The position numbers were made by a program, and so were the translations under genes. DNA of 64,000 bases, from the NCBI GenBank assembly GCA_018711275.1, contig DVIN01000080.1, forward strand, positions 23,168 through 87,167, in the 5' to 3' direction. The notes beneath the pieces are model-generated. The model saw nothing but the letters and a program-made list of their open reading frames with translations, ran no database searches and was not told the DNA's origin. The DNA is from Candidatus Pullilachnospira intestinigallinarum (GTDB taxonomy: Bacteria > Bacillota > Clostridia > Lachnospirales > Lachnospiraceae). Below, piece by piece: positions 41,504-49,201 of the stretch (positions within the stretch are counted from its first letter, which is position 1; the number at the start of each line of letters is the position of its first letter).

Positions 41504-41857
41504 TTATTTCAATTCCGAAGAATAATACGGAACCGTAATCCAGTCTCCATACTGCAGTTCTTCGTCTGTCAGATGATTGATGCGCATCACTTCATCCACA
41601 TAATCCCGGATATCCGCATATTCCTCTGTCCTGTATTCTGAGGCCAGTCCCCAGAGGGTATCATCCCGCTCCACGAACACGCTGGTGAAATACTTGTATC
41701 GTTCCGGTCCCTCACTGGTGTCCGCATGCACCTGAATGGCACTGAGCGCACTCACCAGAAGCCCGGTCAGTATGGCGGCTGCTCCGAAAACCGTCAGCCG
41801 TCTGCGAATCTTCTGCATCCTTCTGTTCTTTCTGTAAGCACGTCTTGTTTCCTTCAT
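41504..41857 (-). CDS. YneA-like membrane-anchored LysM protein (candidate SOS cell-division inhibitor)
   Basis: GGGGGA RBS before ATG 41857; basic N-terminus, one TM (LTVFGAAAILTGLLVSALSAI), LysM (DTLWGLASEY..INHL..LQYGDWITVP); LexA boxes upstream. Confidence 0.7.
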   Translation of the reverse strand: MKETRRAYRKNRRMQKIRRRLTVFGAAAILTGLLVSALSAIQVHADTSEGPERYKYFTSVFVERDDTLWGLASEYRTEEYADIRDYVDEVMRINHLTDEELQYGDWITVPYYSSELK

Positions 41858-41916
41858 GGTGATTCCCCCTTTTATCATACAATCAATAACCCGCCGCATC
41901 TGCTTTTCTTTTGATC

Positions 41917-41956
41917 CGAACATATATTCCGAATATTTGTTCCAAACATATGTTCT
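41917..41956. promoter_or_regulatory. three tandem LexA (Cheo-type) boxes in the yneA-like leader
   Basis: CGAACATATATTCC (41917-41930), CGAATATTTGTTCC (41930-41943), CAAACATATGTTCT (41943-41956); each one mismatch from GAAC-N4-GTTC, phased 13 nt apart. Confidence 0.6.
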
Positions 41957-41972
41957 TATTCCTTATGACGCT

Positions 41973-42001
41973 ATTATAATTCCCGAACACATGTTTGTCA
42001 A
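41973..42001 (-). promoter_or_regulatory. consensus sigma-A promoter overlapped by a fourth LexA box
   Basis: Minus strand TTGACA (42001-41996), 17 nt, TATAAT (41978-41973); box CGAACACATGTTTG at 41984-41997. Confidence 0.65.
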
Positions 42002-42741
42002 TCTGCTTTTTGAAATTTTTGCATCATCTCTCTCACCCGCTCCAGATCCTTCTCCGTATCCACCGAAAGGCTCTCCATATATTCCACAGGGATCAACCGC
42101 AGTTCTTTCCCGTAATCCAGAAACCGCAGCGTGTCGATCCCTTCGATTCTCTCCAGGCGGCCGGGCTTTGAGGCCGCGTAAAAATCCAGCATCTTCCGGT
42201 TGTAGCCGATGATGCCCACATGCTTGTAGTAGGTCACATCCAGGGAACAGAACGGATGGGGAATGGGACGCCGGGACATATAAAGGGCCCGGTAATCCTG
42301 ATCAAAGACTACTTTGATATTGGAATCATCCAGCACCTGCGCCGGATCCGTGACCGGTGTGATAATATTGATTCCGAATTCCCTGTCCAGTGGAATTTCT
42401 CCCCGGGGAATGGCGGCCTTCACCGCTTCACGGGAAATCAGAGGCTCATCTCCGTTCAGCTGGATATAGAAATCCGCCAGTATCTGGCGGGATGCCTCCC
42501 AGAGCCGGTTGGCTGCCGTGGCGTGATACGGTGAAGTCATCACTGCGGGAATTCCTTCCCGGCGGCACGCCATCAGAATCCGTTCATCATCCGTGGCCGC
42601 CCAGACCTGATCCAGACCGGCAATCTGTGAACATCTCTGATATACCCACCAGATCATGGGTTTTTTGCAGATTTCCATCAGCGGTTTTCCGGGCAGCCGC
42701 GAAGAGCCGTACCGGGCGGGTATGATTCCCGCAATTTTCAT
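41998..42741 (-). CDS. KdsB-type cytidylyltransferase (CMP-ulosonic acid / CMP-Kdo synthetase family)
   Basis: IIPARYGSSRLPGKPL..ICKKPMIWWV N-terminus is the KdsB signature; 247 aa. Confidence 0.8.
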   Translation of the reverse strand: MKIAGIIPARYGSSRLPGKPLMEICKKPMIWWVYQRCSQIAGLDQVWAATDDERILMACRREGIPAVMTSPYHATAANRLWEASRQILADFYIQLNGDEPLISREAVKAAIPRGEIPLDREFGINIITPVTDPAQVLDDSNIKVVFDQDYRALYMSRRPIPHPFCSLDVTYYKHVGIIGYNRKMLDFYAASKPGRLERIEGIDTLRFLDYGKELRLIPVEYMESLSVDTEKDLERVREMMQKFQKAD

Positions 42742-42780
42742 TTTGTCCCATCTCCTTTCTGTTGCACGGAACCTTTCCGT

Positions 42781-43587
42781 CTACTGCACCTGATAAAGCA
42801 GCCTCCGCTCTTCACCTCTGCTCTCATAGATCCGTTTTTCCCTGGGGGAAAACAGGAACCTGGGCTTTTCATACCGGGGAAATCCCTCCCGGATTCTCTC
42901 CTCCAGATGTTTCACCGCTTCCGGCGGATCATTGAGATCCAGTCCGGCCAGCACATCGGGACCGTAATCCCACCAGCAAAGCTCTTCCAGCTTTTCAATT
43001 ACCGGCTCCGGAAACCGTTTCTTTATGGGACGCGCGGGAACACCTCCCACCACCGTATAAGGTTCCACATTTCTGGTCACCACCGCTCCTGCTCCCACCA
43101 CAGCCCCGTCGCCGATGGAGACGCCTCGCAGGATTGTGGCGCGTCCGCCAATCCACACGTCATTTCCAATGACGATTCTGGTGCGGGCGGCAAATTCATG
43201 GGTTTTCTGATAACGAAGAATCTTTTCCAGCCAGTCCATATCCTCATACAGATGATGAAAGGACCGGTTCCATCCGCAGTCCATATTCTGAAACACCAGA
43301 TGGGTGCTGACGGATTCCACCGGATGCACCGCGCCCCCGGCGACCACCTCCGGACCGAACAGACCGAAACGGCCGATGGATTCTATAAACCGCATGCTGC
43401 AGTGCTGATTGAAAAACGAAAATGCCCCGATAACCCCTGCGTCCACCCGCACGCCCGAACAAAAACGCACCGGCGCCTCACAGACACATTCCCGGTGGGA
43501 AGCGTAACAGATCTCAGCGACTTCCCCTGTGATGGTAATTCCCTGTCCGCCTTCGGCGGGAAATCGAAAACCGGAATGTATTTTCAT
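42781..43587 (-). CDS. hexapeptide-repeat (LbH) acetyltransferase, XAT/Vat-like
   Basis: AGGAGG before ATG 43587; [48 protein letters not shown] tail. Confidence 0.8.
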   Translation of the reverse strand: MKIHSGFRFPAEGGQGITITGEVAEICYASHRECVCEAPVRFCSGVRVDAGVIGAFSFFNQHCSMRFIESIGRFGLFGPEVVAGGAVHPVESVSTHLVFQNMDCGWNRSFHHLYEDMDWLEKILRYQKTHEFAARTRIVIGNDVWIGGRATILRGVSIGDGAVVGAGAVVTRNVEPYTVVGGVPARPIKKRFPEPVIEKLEELCWWDYGPDVLAGLDLNDPPEAVKHLEERIREGFPRYEKPRFLFSPREKRIYESRGEERRLLYQVQ

Positions 43588-43630
43588 GACCTGCCTCCTG
43601 TAAATTGATTGCCAAAACACCCGCTGCCGG

Positions 43631-44401
43631 TTACTGACAGGGAATCTGATACAGCAGTGTTTTTCCTTTTTCATCGATCTGCCATACAGAGCAGATTCCC
43701 TGCTGCTGACATACCAGAAATCCCGACTTTTCAAAAGGAACGGGAACCTCCGATGCGGCCGCCCTAGCAGCTTCCTCAAAGAAATCACCGGAGCCGGCAA
43801 GAGCGGCAAAATCCGTTCTGGCAAGCACTGCGCCGCCATAATCCCACCAGGAAAAGGATTTCTGATACCGATATCCGGTGATGTGCGCGGGATTTCCCTG
43901 AAGCAGCGCCCCTTCCGGCACCGATGTCTGGACAAATGCGCCGGGGGCAATCACCGCCCCGTCTCCTACTGTTACACCCTCCAGGATCACGGCTCCATCA
44001 CCGATCCAGACATCACTTCCGATCCGCACAGGCCTGGAGCCGGACAAGGGAACCGGATGTTCCACAGCAAACGCGTCGTCCCACCACCCCTGCCGGCTGC
44101 GGATCATGGCGCATACCGGAAATTCTCCGGTATTCCTGCCGGATACTGCTCCGATCCGGCAGGATTCTCCAATGACCGAAAACCTTCCGATGCTGCGGCA
44201 GCGGCGGATCCGGGTATCACTTCCCACCTGTGTGCCCATTCCCAGAAATTCCGTCTCCAGATGACAGCCTTCCCCCAGGGAAACCGGCGTCTCCAGAAAC
44301 ACTCTGGGACACCGGCGGGGATGGCCCAGCCAAAGGGTGTTCGCAGTCACCACTTTGCCCTTCCCGGTCAGGAGCGGGAAGGTTTCTCTGTCCACCCTCA
44401 T
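43631..44401 (-). CDS. hexapeptide-repeat (LbH) acetyltransferase, paralogue
   Basis: [36 protein letters not shown] tail; start overlaps upstream stop (ATGA). Confidence 0.75.
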   Translation of the reverse strand: MRVDRETFPLLTGKGKVVTANTLWLGHPRRCPRVFLETPVSLGEGCHLETEFLGMGTQVGSDTRIRRCRSIGRFSVIGESCRIGAVSGRNTGEFPVCAMIRSRQGWWDDAFAVEHPVPLSGSRPVRIGSDVWIGDGAVILEGVTVGDGAVIAPGAFVQTSVPEGALLQGNPAHITGYRYQKSFSWWDYGGAVLARTDFAALAGSGDFFEEAARAAASEVPVPFEKSGFLVCQQQGICSVWQIDEKGKTLLYQIPCQ

Positions 44402-45993
44402 GGGCGGGAAGACTCCTTTCCCTTCTCCTCCAACTGCCTGCGCAGTTCCTGTTCCATTTCAATATACTCTAGCAGCCGCCGTTCCGTGGCCGCCAGGATC
44501 CCCTCCAGCATCCGGATACGGATCTGATCGTCGCTCATCTCCGCGAAAGAAATCTCCGTGCCCGAGTAAGGCAGCTTTCTGGATTCCCTGATTTTTCTGC
44601 TCTGGCTCATAAGATGCGCCTCCTTACTGTAAAAATACATGGTGTCACAGCCCTCCTCGTCCCAGTATTCCTCCGACCGGCACCATGCTGCCGCCAGCCG
44701 CGTTTTCCGGATGGAAAGGGGCTGCATGGAGAGAAATTTTTCCCTGATCTCCTTCCCGGGCCGGTACATGCCATACTGCCCGTCCGTATTGAGAAACAGC
44801 ACCGCCCGGACATTGGCAGGCAGTTCCCAGGGATCCTGCCCGTTCCCGTCTCCGTCCCAGAAACAGATCACCTCCCCGGACAGTTCCTCCAGGTTCCGGC
44901 TGACGGAAAGATTCCCCGGAAGCTCCCGGTTCCACCGGGAAAGATTTTCAAAGGGCAGCGGATCCGTACCGGCCGTCCAGATGGAGGTAAATCCCAGCGC
45001 TGCGGCCGCCGCCATGGCCATATAATAAATGTGGATGAAATGGAAATTCCGCTCATAGGCGGCATTAGATTTCAGACAGCTGGAAAACTCCTGCCGGATC
45101 AGATTGATGCCGGTGGAGCTGATGGTACAGACCGTTTCCGGAAGCCGTTTAAAGGCCACAGGCAAAAGCTCCGCCGGAAAAATTTCTCTTAAAATCTCTG
45201 CCTCCGGAAACAGCCGGTGATAATACAGAATATCGTCCGGATGCGGCTTGATCAGCACCTTCCTGCCCTCCAGAAAATAGTCAAACAAGGTCTGATAGAT
45301 GAGGATCTGTTCCGGAAACGTCAGCTGTCCCAGATTGGCAAATTGCTGCGTTAGAAGCAGCACGCAATCCGGATCTCCCTCATATACCGGCACCCGGAAG
45401 AACTCCCGGATACTCTGCTTCCATGTATCCCTGAGCTGTCCAAAGGCCTCCATCACCGGGAAATCCACCGCCTTTTCGTCAGAAAATCCTTCCCTCTGCG
45501 ACCTGGCGTCACAGATTTTCTCCGTGATCACCGGATTGGTGTGATCGTACAGATGGTATTTTTCCACCGCCTTCTGCCGGTCAGGGGAACTTTTCCTGTG
45601 AATGTCCGACAGGATCCAGGGGCGGCTTAAGGCCCCGCTGCCGTCCTCAAACATGGCAAAGCAGATTCCGTCCCTGGCCCACTGCACCTGCAGCCAGGTA
45701 TGAATCCCCGCCGCGTAGATTTTGTCGTAATCCTCCGCCCGCCTTCCGGTGACGGAGCGGAATTCCTCCCGCACCTCTTTTACAATTTTATCCTCCTCTC
45801 CCCGGTAGCCGCCGTACCGGAACAGCAGCACCCGGTCAAAAAATCCCCGTTCTTTCGCTTCCCGGTACTGGGGCATCCGCTCCAGAATATAGTTTCCCAG
45901 CAGCAGATCCGCCTCCTCGTCGGCGTGAAAGGTCAGCCGGTGGACGATACATTCCAATATCTGATAAGATGACAATGCCTGATAAAGTATCAC
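44398..45993 (-). CDS. putative CMP-ulosonic-acid transferase (sialyltransferase/GT52-like motifs)
   Basis: GTG 45993 preceded by GGAGGAGGAG and overlapping upstream stop (GTGA); FEDGSG (45634-45651) and KPHP (45238-45249) resemble bacterial sialyltransferase D/E-D/E-G and HP motifs. Confidence 0.45.
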   Translation of the reverse strand: MILYQALSSYQILECIVHRLTFHADEEADLLLGNYILERMPQYREAKERGFFDRVLLFRYGGYRGEEDKIVKEVREEFRSVTGRRAEDYDKIYAAGIHTWLQVQWARDGICFAMFEDGSGALSRPWILSDIHRKSSPDRQKAVEKYHLYDHTNPVITEKICDARSQREGFSDEKAVDFPVMEAFGQLRDTWKQSIREFFRVPVYEGDPDCVLLLTQQFANLGQLTFPEQILIYQTLFDYFLEGRKVLIKPHPDDILYYHRLFPEAEILREIFPAELLPVAFKRLPETVCTISSTGINLIRQEFSSCLKSNAAYERNFHFIHIYYMAMAAAAALGFTSIWTAGTDPLPFENLSRWNRELPGNLSVSRNLEELSGEVICFWDGDGNGQDPWELPANVRAVLFLNTDGQYGMYRPGKEIREKFLSMQPLSIRKTRLAAAWCRSEEYWDEEGCDTMYFYSKEAHLMSQSRKIRESRKLPYSGTEISFAEMSDDQIRIRMLEGILAATERRLLEYIEMEQELRRQLEEKGKESSRP

Positions 45994-48671
45994 AGTTTCT
46001 CCTCCTCCCACAGCTTCGCTTTTTCCATCACCTGACGGACGGATTCCATTACCGCCCGGTCCTGGGTGGCAAACAGATCTCTCCCGAAAATATAGCCTCC
46101 GAAATATTTTCTCAGCCAGGACAGATGTCCGGAAAAATGAAGAAACGGCATATACGCGTCATGGCCGGAGATATCCAGCATATAGGGGAAATCCTGAAAC
46201 CATCCGGTATAATCCCTGACAAAATCCAGACATCCCCGGTGAATCTCCCGGTTATGCTCATAATTTTCCACCTCAGGAATATCATAGAGAATCCGCCCTT
46301 CCCGGTCGAACCCCAGGAAGGTGGGTGTGCAGGACTGGGTCAGAATTTCAAAAAAGAAAGAATTCAGATGACGATTCCCCGCCTGATGCAGATCATGCAG
46401 CTCCTTGTTGTCCAGACTGGAAAACAGATACGTTTCCACCTGCCGTTTCTGCATCATGGCGGCCATATAGGTGTCATTGACATTTCTTGTGGCCGCCAGC
46501 AGACAGCTGATCCGACAGTTCAGATGGTATACTTTCTCCACCAGATAGCGAACCTGCAGCACGTTATTTCCTGACCAGCCCACATCCACCACGGCAGCTC
46601 GCCTGCTGCCCGCCAGCATTCTGGAAAGATAATCCCGTATTGCCTCCTGGTCCGCCTGATAGCAGCCGCACAGCTCCTCCCAGTGATCCACCAGAAGAGA
46701 ATAGACCACCTTTTCATTTGCGGGCGTCAGATATTCCCGGTCGTGAAGCCGGTATTGGGGAAAATATTTTTTCAGCTCTCCGATTCCCACCCGGTCAAAC
46801 AGAGTTCCAATCCGGGATTTATAGAGGGCGTTGGCCTTGTGATGTACCAGCTGCAGCAGATAGGGATGACGGTTCTTGTCCACGGTGGTCTTTACCACCG
46901 GCACCCGGCTCCACAGAACATATTCTGTGGGAAAATCCGGATACATCTGTGTAAAGACTTTTCGGTACAAATCTCCTTCACGGGCCAGAAACAGAATCTT
47001 ATCCAGTCCATGCGCTCTGGCATACCGGTAAATCCACTGGCAGAAACCCATCACATAAAAGCCCGTATACACATACCCTACCTCATAGTACGGACTGAAA
47101 CGCTCCATCCCGGAATGGAGCCTGGCATTGATCACACCCCGGTAAGCGCTTCCCGCCAGATGCGACATTCCCAGGGCCCGATAGGGATTCCCGGCCTCAT
47201 TCACGTTCTGATACAGCCGGGCGGCCAGACCCTTTTTCCGTGCACTGTCATAATCCGAATGAGGATTGTCGCCCACATGGATAAGCTCCAGCCCGTCGTA
47301 CCGATCAGTCAGAATATCGTACAGGCCGCCGTTTCGCTTGGAGCAGTTGTAATCACAGGAGACAAGGACCTGATCCCACTGGTCATAACCACAGGAGGCC
47401 AGGAGCCTGCGCATCCATTCTTCGGGAAGATACATATCCGACACTGCCGCCAGCGTCTTATTCTGCCCCAGAAGCAGCCGGTAAACTGTCTGCATATAGG
47501 GATTGGGCCGGCAAAGGGACAACTCCGTCTCAAATTCCACCCGGGCGCCTTCCCCTGGATCGATTCCCGTTTCCCTGGCCACATATTCATAAATCTTAAG
47601 CAGCGTAACCTCTTTATTTCCCCGCTTCAGATAATTGTCATTTCTGGCCTGCTGCTCCGCGTTTTTCCTGATTTCGCAAAAATCCATGATATCCAGTCTC
47701 TCACCCACCAGCACAAACAGGTCGGAGGGCGCAGAGAAGGGACGCAGAACCAGCGTATCGAAAATATCAAAGGAAATCACCGGATAAGGCATCAGACTTT
47801 TGGCAAAATTCATGGGGGATATCCGGTTGGAAGCTTCTGACTCCGCACCCTTTTCATACAGCCGGCCTCCGGCGCCCGGCAGGGGAAGATGCGTTTTTAC
47901 GGGAGCAGTTTCCCCCAGATCATGGTATTTCCGGTTGTCGCAGGTGTATTTGACCCGGTAACGGTAAATGCCGGGAGCAGGCTGATCATCGGTAAAACAG
48001 GTTTTTGATGTCTGTACCAGAAAGCGAAATTCCCCGTCTTCTCCCGCCCGGTAGACATTATAGTGAAGCGCTTTCGCCGCCCCTTCCCAGAACAGGGATG
48101 CGCCTCCGGCGGGATCCGCCTCGGCCTGCAGACGGTGGGAATGTCTCTCTTTTCTGCTTTTGCCGGTTTTGTTCTGTTCCCGTTGTCCTCCACTGTCCGC
48201 ATAAGCCAGCCGGCGGGCCCAATAGAGATTTTCATCTGCCACGGTGGAGACGGAAAGGATTTCGGAAAAGTCGCTGTAAAAGGAGCCGTCCATGGAAACC
48301 TTAAATTTATAAAAGGTAATGGTCTCCGGCGGCAGGGAGGCCGTTTTATACCGGTTGCTCTCTGTCTTTGCCAGAAAACGGAAATGAACGCCGTCTTCCG
48401 AATGATAAAGATTGTAACAGACCGCGCCGAAAATCTTTTCCATCCGGATTGTGGCGCGTCCGTCTTTGATCCCCAGCAGCTGTATCCGGTGCAGGCGATT
48501 CTTCTGACTTTTGCGGTATTTCCAGGCGAGAAGAGCCAGCACCAGCCAGTGCCTGAGCCGGTGACTCTGATGCTGCGCGAGATGGCCGGTTACATATCGC
48601 TCATAGGCTTTACGGACCCGCTCATTTTTTCTGACGATTTTTTCATACAGACGTTCCTTTAATCCGCTCAT
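45990..48671 (-). CDS. 893-aa protein: two Fn3-like modules + HAD phosphatase-like domain + conserved unknown module (COG5610-like)
   Basis: GAGGTG RBS before ATG 48671; internal repeat YNLYHSEDGVHFRFLAKT / YNVYRAGEDGEFRFLVQT; HAD motifs ISFDIFDTL .. VSD .. SKRNG .. HVGDN; C-module ILFLAREG, VDVGWSG. Confidence 0.6.
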   Translation of the reverse strand: MSGLKERLYEKIVRKNERVRKAYERYVTGHLAQHQSHRLRHWLVLALLAWKYRKSQKNRLHRIQLLGIKDGRATIRMEKIFGAVCYNLYHSEDGVHFRFLAKTESNRYKTASLPPETITFYKFKVSMDGSFYSDFSEILSVSTVADENLYWARRLAYADSGGQREQNKTGKSRKERHSHRLQAEADPAGGASLFWEGAAKALHYNVYRAGEDGEFRFLVQTSKTCFTDDQPAPGIYRYRVKYTCDNRKYHDLGETAPVKTHLPLPGAGGRLYEKGAESEASNRISPMNFAKSLMPYPVISFDIFDTLVLRPFSAPSDLFVLVGERLDIMDFCEIRKNAEQQARNDNYLKRGNKEVTLLKIYEYVARETGIDPGEGARVEFETELSLCRPNPYMQTVYRLLLGQNKTLAAVSDMYLPEEWMRRLLASCGYDQWDQVLVSCDYNCSKRNGGLYDILTDRYDGLELIHVGDNPHSDYDSARKKGLAARLYQNVNEAGNPYRALGMSHLAGSAYRGVINARLHSGMERFSPYYEVGYVYTGFYVMGFCQWIYRYARAHGLDKILFLAREGDLYRKVFTQMYPDFPTEYVLWSRVPVVKTTVDKNRHPYLLQLVHHKANALYKSRIGTLFDRVGIGELKKYFPQYRLHDREYLTPANEKVVYSLLVDHWEELCGCYQADQEAIRDYLSRMLAGSRRAAVVDVGWSGNNVLQVRYLVEKVYHLNCRISCLLAATRNVNDTYMAAMMQKRQVETYLFSSLDNKELHDLHQAGNRHLNSFFFEILTQSCTPTFLGFDREGRILYDIPEVENYEHNREIHRGCLDFVRDYTGWFQDFPYMLDISGHDAYMPFLHFSGHLSWLRKYFGGYIFGRDLFATQDRAVMESVRQVMEKAKLWEEEKL

Positions 48672-48682
48672 TTTTTCACCTC

Positions 48683-49201
48683 TTACGCGCCCCACAGCCT
48701 GCGGGCGCAATCTTCCAGAATTCCCTTTGCCGAAAGCACCAGTTCCGCAAATTCCCGTACGGCGCCCTCTCCGCCCCGCGCTTTCAATACCAGGGAACAC
48801 CGGTTCCGGACGCCTGCGGCCGCATCGGAGGGACAGGCACTGACAGCTGCCAGGGACATGGCTGCCAGATCGTTGAAATCATCGCCAAGATAGGCGGTCT
48901 CCTGCCCGGAGAGGTTCTGTTCCCTCAGAAACTGTTCCAGAAAGGTCCGTTTATCTTTTACCCCCTGGAATACCTGGCTGATTCCCAGCTCCCTGGCGCG
49001 CAGAGCGACACAGGAACTTTCTCTTCCGGTGAGGATCACCGGGAGTACGCCGCCTTCCCGAAGAAGCAGAATTCCCGCTCCGTCGCGGATGCTGAATTTT
49101 TTCATTTCCGTTCCCCGGCTGTCCAGATACACGCCTCCGTCGGTCATGGTGCCGTCCACGTCTAAAACCAGACAGCGGATGGCGGAAAGTACCTCTCTCA
49201 T
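48683..49201 (-). CDS. KdsC-family HAD-IIIA phosphatase (ulosonate-phosphate phosphatase)
   Basis: LVLDVDGTMTDG, ILTGRES, YLGDDFNDL; 172 aa. Confidence 0.8.
   Translation of the reverse strand: MREVLSAIRCLVLDVDGTMTDGGVYLDSRGTEMKKFSIRDGAGILLLREGGVLPVILTGRESSCVALRARELGISQVFQGVKDKRTFLEQFLREQNLSGQETAYLGDDFNDLAAMSLAAVSACPSDAAAGVRNRCSLVLKARGGEGAVREFAELVLSAKGILEDCARRLWGA

Noticed and set aside
42781-43950. 389-aa version of the first acetyltransferase ORF; also the 470-aa GT4 ORF (to 57962) and the 936-aa ORF (to 48800)
   Set aside because: The N-terminal extensions overlap upstream genes or terminators and are compositionally odd. Internal ATGs at 43587, 57776 and 48671 each have a strong RBS and give proteins starting where family homology starts.
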